64,000 bases of DNA from NCBI GenBank assembly GCA_963696385.1, contig CAVOKF010000003.1:64001-128000 (forward strand). Reading direction: 5' to 3'. Positions 60,939 through 64,000 of this stretch are shown one piece after another. Below the pieces are notes generated by a model. The model saw only the letters and a list, made by a program, of their open reading frames with translations, was not told where the DNA came from and did not search any database. The first letter of the stretch is position 1. Each line of letters starts with the position of its first letter. The position numbers and the translations under genes are program-made. Source of the DNA: an uncultured delta proteobacterium. Its GTDB lineage: Bacteria > Myxococcota_A > Polyangia > Polyangiales > Polyangiaceae.

Positions 60939-61894
60939 CCTCGGCGAACATCACGGCGTTCGCGTTGGCTCTTTTTGCTTCAACGGCCGTGGCGTGGGTT
61001 CCGTTCGTGATCGCGAAGCGCCATCCGTCCATCGAAAGCACGGCGATTGCACCATCGCCTCGCCCACTTCGGGACCACTCCGGCACCGTGGTGGCTTCCC
61101 CGCGACAGTACCAGCGCATCGTCTCGGCCAGCACGGTCGCCGACACCCTCCTCCTCGAGCTCTGTGAGCCCGACCGCGTCGTCGCCTTCACCGCACAGAG
61201 CGCGCACAAAGGAGCCAGCGGCTATAAATATGCCGGCAAGCCGACGGTCGATCTCGGCAACGTTGAGTCGGTGCTCGCTCTGCATCCGGACCTCGTCCTC
61301 GTCAACGTCGTGGGGGACCCACACCGCGTGGCGCGTCTTCGTGACGCCGGCGTCGTCGTCTACGATCTTGGCGAAATGCGTGGGCTTGCCACGCTGATTC
61401 CCAACATTCGAGAGATCGCATGGCTCGTCGGCCATCCGGAGCGGGGCGAGCGATTCGCTCGAGAGCTCGTCGAACGAGCCGCCAGCGTTGCCATCGATAT
61501 TGCTGGGCCGGATCGCAAGACCGGCATGTACCTGAGCATCTACGGGGGCCGCCTTTTCGGAGGTGGTTCGGGGACGAGTTTCGACGACGTGCTGAGAACG
61601 GCCGGGCTCATCGACTCCGCTGCGGCTGCCCGTGATTGGCCGCAGTTCGCCACCGAGCAGGTGCTCAAGCTCGATCCGGAGATCATCGTGACCAACGCGG
61701 GGATGCGGCAGGTGCTTTGCGAGCATGCCGGCTTCTCGTTGCTTCGTGCCTGCAAGCGCCCCGACGGCGTCGTCGAAGTCGACGAAGCGCTCTTGGGCGA
61801 CCCAGGACCCACCATGATGCTTGCGGCACAGGCCATCCGCGATCGGGTGTACGGGCCACCCGCCGCGTCCATCCTGGGCGGCGCGCCGCGCTGA
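60926..61894 (+). CDS. Periplasmic binding protein (BtuF/FecB-like)
   Basis: RIVSAS, ESVLALHPDLV, PGP motif. Confidence 0.88.
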   Translation: MRGVTSANITAFALALFASTAVAWVPFVIAKRHPSIESTAIAPSPRPLRDHSGTVVASPRQYQRIVSASTVADTLLLELCEPDRVVAFTAQSAHKGASGYKYAGKPTVDLGNVESVLALHPDLVLVNVVGDPHRVARLRDAGVVVYDLGEMRGLATLIPNIREIAWLVGHPERGERFARELVERAASVAIDIAGPDRKTGMYLSIYGGRLFGGGSGTSFDDVLRTAGLIDSAAAARDWPQFATEQVLKLDPEIIVTNAGMRQVLCEHAGFSLLRACKRPDGVVEVDEALLGDPGPTMMLAAQAIRDRVYGPPAASILGGAPR

Positions 61895-61942
61895 GACAAG
61901 AGCCGTTCGCAGGCGGCCTACGGCGCCGCGACGAGTCGGTCG

Positions 61943-63472
61943 TTACGGGAGTTTCCATCGATAGCTAGGGTCCGGGACACACGTTGACCGCGGGAGGCTC
62001 ACGAGCGCGAAGGCTCCTTGCGTGGCGACGATGCGACCCCAGCCCACGGGATGGCCGAACGTAATGACGTAGTTGTAATAGCCGGCGCTCGTTGAAGTCC
62101 CGCGCGGGAAGATGGGCACGTTGCGGTGCAAATACGTCGCTCCACCGGTCCATGCGAGGTGAGCCGGCTCGATGTCGATGCCGCAGAGATCCACTTGATC
62201 GTGTGCCGCAAGAAGGAGGCGGTTCACCGGACCAAAGTCGTCGTAGGCGCTCGCACGCGGTCGCTCGTGTTCGTATTGACCGAGCTCGCCGAACGTCAGT
62301 TGGTGGAAGCGCGTGCCTGCAACGATCGAGCAGACTGCTGCGACCGCGGCCGGCCATCGGGCGTCTACGGGGACCCAGGAGGCGACCCAGGAAAAGCCGG
62401 CGCCCGCCAGCGCGAACCACAAGGGCAAGAGCGGCAAGACGAACCGAAGCTCCTTGTGCCCGATGAGCGAATGCGACAGCAAGTAGAGGAGCACGATGCC
62501 GAACAGCCCCGGCGAACGAACGGCGGCCAGGAGCGCAAGCGGAGCCGCGATCGCGGCCACAATCGGCATCGACGTCCATAGGACGCGCAAGTAATACGTG
62601 TTTTCCGATTCGCCCCATTGCGCCGCTTTTCCTTCGAGGACATTGAACCGAAGATACGCGACTGCCGAGTGAAACCACTCGCCCCAGGTCAGCCGATCGA
62701 GCGCTCCATAGAGGACGGCCCACCCGGCAAGCACGAGGGCGCACGTCGCCGCGTGACGCCACCTTCGGCGAAGCATCAGCAGGCCCAATATGCCGACGCA
62801 AAAAATGCCGTTTTGAAGCCGAAGGAGCGCGGAGAACCCAAGGAGCGACGCGCCCACCAGGACGTCTCGTCGGCCGGCGGCCGGCCGGATCGCCCACGCG
62901 AATCCGAATACGACCGCCGCCGCCGAGGCGGTCTCGCTCAGGGCCTTCGGGGCAAAGTAAATGGCCGGTGGAGCGAGCGCGAAGAACGTCGCTCCGACAG
63001 CCGCGCCAATCGGCCGCGCTCCGCACGAACGGGCAAGCCGATAGGTCCCCCACGCCGTAACCATCCCGATCGCCGAGAATACGAGCCGGATGGCGATGAG
63101 GTAGTGCCGCGGGTGGTCGCCTCCCACCAGCGCCGCGACTTTGAGAACGGCGGCGACGAGCCCAGGAAATGCCCAGTTACGAGCACCCTCGGCGAATTCC
63201 CACGGGATGAGGCCGTATCCGAAGACGAGGCGGTGCGCCGGCTCAAGGCTCTGGTAAATCTCGTCCGGCCAATAAATCCCATCGTCGTGGAAGCAGAGCC
63301 AGACGCGCAGGACGAGGCCCAGGCCGAGAAGAGCCGCGAACGCGCCCTTCGATGGACGGTCCAACGCCCCGTTGGACGCACGCCCGTCGGACCGGTTCGG
63401 CGTGGTGGCCATGGGGGCTGGCGCTAAAGACGTTGGCTCTCGTCGATCGCCCTGGGCGCCGAGATCCGACAC
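61943..63472 (-). CDS. GT22 (Alg9/PIG-B-like) mannosyltransferase
   Basis: PDEIYQSLEPAH, PWEF, HKELRF; multi-TM. Confidence 0.85.
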   Translation of the reverse strand: MSDLGAQGDRREPTSLAPAPMATTPNRSDGRASNGALDRPSKGAFAALLGLGLVLRVWLCFHDDGIYWPDEIYQSLEPAHRLVFGYGLIPWEFAEGARNWAFPGLVAAVLKVAALVGGDHPRHYLIAIRLVFSAIGMVTAWGTYRLARSCGARPIGAAVGATFFALAPPAIYFAPKALSETASAAAVVFGFAWAIRPAAGRRDVLVGASLLGFSALLRLQNGIFCVGILGLLMLRRRWRHAATCALVLAGWAVLYGALDRLTWGEWFHSAVAYLRFNVLEGKAAQWGESENTYYLRVLWTSMPIVAAIAAPLALLAAVRSPGLFGIVLLYLLSHSLIGHKELRFVLPLLPLWFALAGAGFSWVASWVPVDARWPAAVAAVCSIVAGTRFHQLTFGELGQYEHERPRASAYDDFGPVNRLLLAAHDQVDLCGIDIEPAHLAWTGGATYLHRNVPIFPRGTSTSAGYYNYVITFGHPVGWGRIVATQGAFALVSLPRSTCVPDPSYRWKLP

Positions 63473-63573
63473 GGGTCCGGCACGTGTACCGCACGCCTAC
63501 GCGCAGGGTCGACCACCGAAAGACGGCGCGGTGGCATTCCGAAGCGCTCGCAATCGGGTAAAGTGCCGCACCC

Positions 63574-64000
63574 ATGCGGATCGGTGCTTTGGCTTCCTTT
63601 GGTCTTCTCGGTGGATCGGTGTCCGTCGCAGTCGCCTGCGCGCCGTCGACGGCCGCGCCCTCTCCGCCGGTCGTCGCGTCTACCTCGGTACCCGCCCCCT
63701 CCCCCTCACCCGCAACGGCCGGAACCGCCGGCGTGGGGTCGGCCCCCGCGACCGGCTCCACTGCCGCCGCCCTTGCTACGTCGGTTCCGCCGCACGTCAA
63801 AGGTCAAAACCCGTTCGAAGGCGTCCATCTGTACGTCAATCCGTATAGCCAAGCGGCGAGTGCAGCCGAGGAATGGCAGACGAGTCATCCCGCGGATGCG
63901 ACGTTGCTCCGCAAGATTGCTGAACAGCCGACCGGGTGGTGGATGGGCGAGTGGAGCGGAGACATCGAGCCGGCGGTCCACAACCTAGGCAACGCTTCGA
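63574..64000 (+). CDS. GH6 cellulase lipoprotein (runs off the window)
   Basis: Own translation: lipobox AVAC, P/S/T/A linker, NPFEGVHLYVNP...LLRKIAEQPTGWW. Confidence 0.8.
   Translation, partial: MRIGALASFGLLGGSVSVAVACAPSTAAPSPPVVASTSVPAPSPSPATAGTAGVGSAPATGSTAAALATSVPPHVKGQNPFEGVHLYVNPYSQAASAAEEWQTSHPADATLLRKIAEQPTGWWMGEWSGDIEPAVHNLGNAS

Overview
High-GC bacterial DNA whose gene content (Cys-rich lipoproteins, giant TPR proteins, FGE/SUMF1-domain protein, long RpoD) is most consistent with a myxobacterium (Polyangiaceae-like; inferred). The left ~25 kb is an integration hotspot at a tRNA-Gly(CCC) gene (571-643). A 16.3-kb element bounded by a perfect 44-bp direct repeat (601-644 / 16856-16899) carries a tyrosine integrase whose ORF runs through the att core. 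It also has a divergent-promoter RHH switch, an excisionase-like HTH, an AAA_25/RepA-type helicase with an iteron cluster, TerS/TerL and a tail-fibre-like protein, but no capsid, portal or lysis gene that I can recognise. It is a candidate new type of phage satellite. After it come older debris: two more integrase remnants, a VapBC remnant, an IS3 remnant and an ADP-ribosylglycohydrolase gene with an internal inversion. The rest looks like host chromosome: aminotransferase, YprB/MrfB-like exonuclease flanked by gene-end repeats, a SiaABCD-like phosphatase/DGC/kinase/STAS module, glgP, dnaG-rpoD, TPR proteins, a FecCD/Btu-type ABC transporter, a GT22-like mannosyltransferase and a truncated GH6 cellulase. 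Product calls come from motif recognition by eye; no searches were run.
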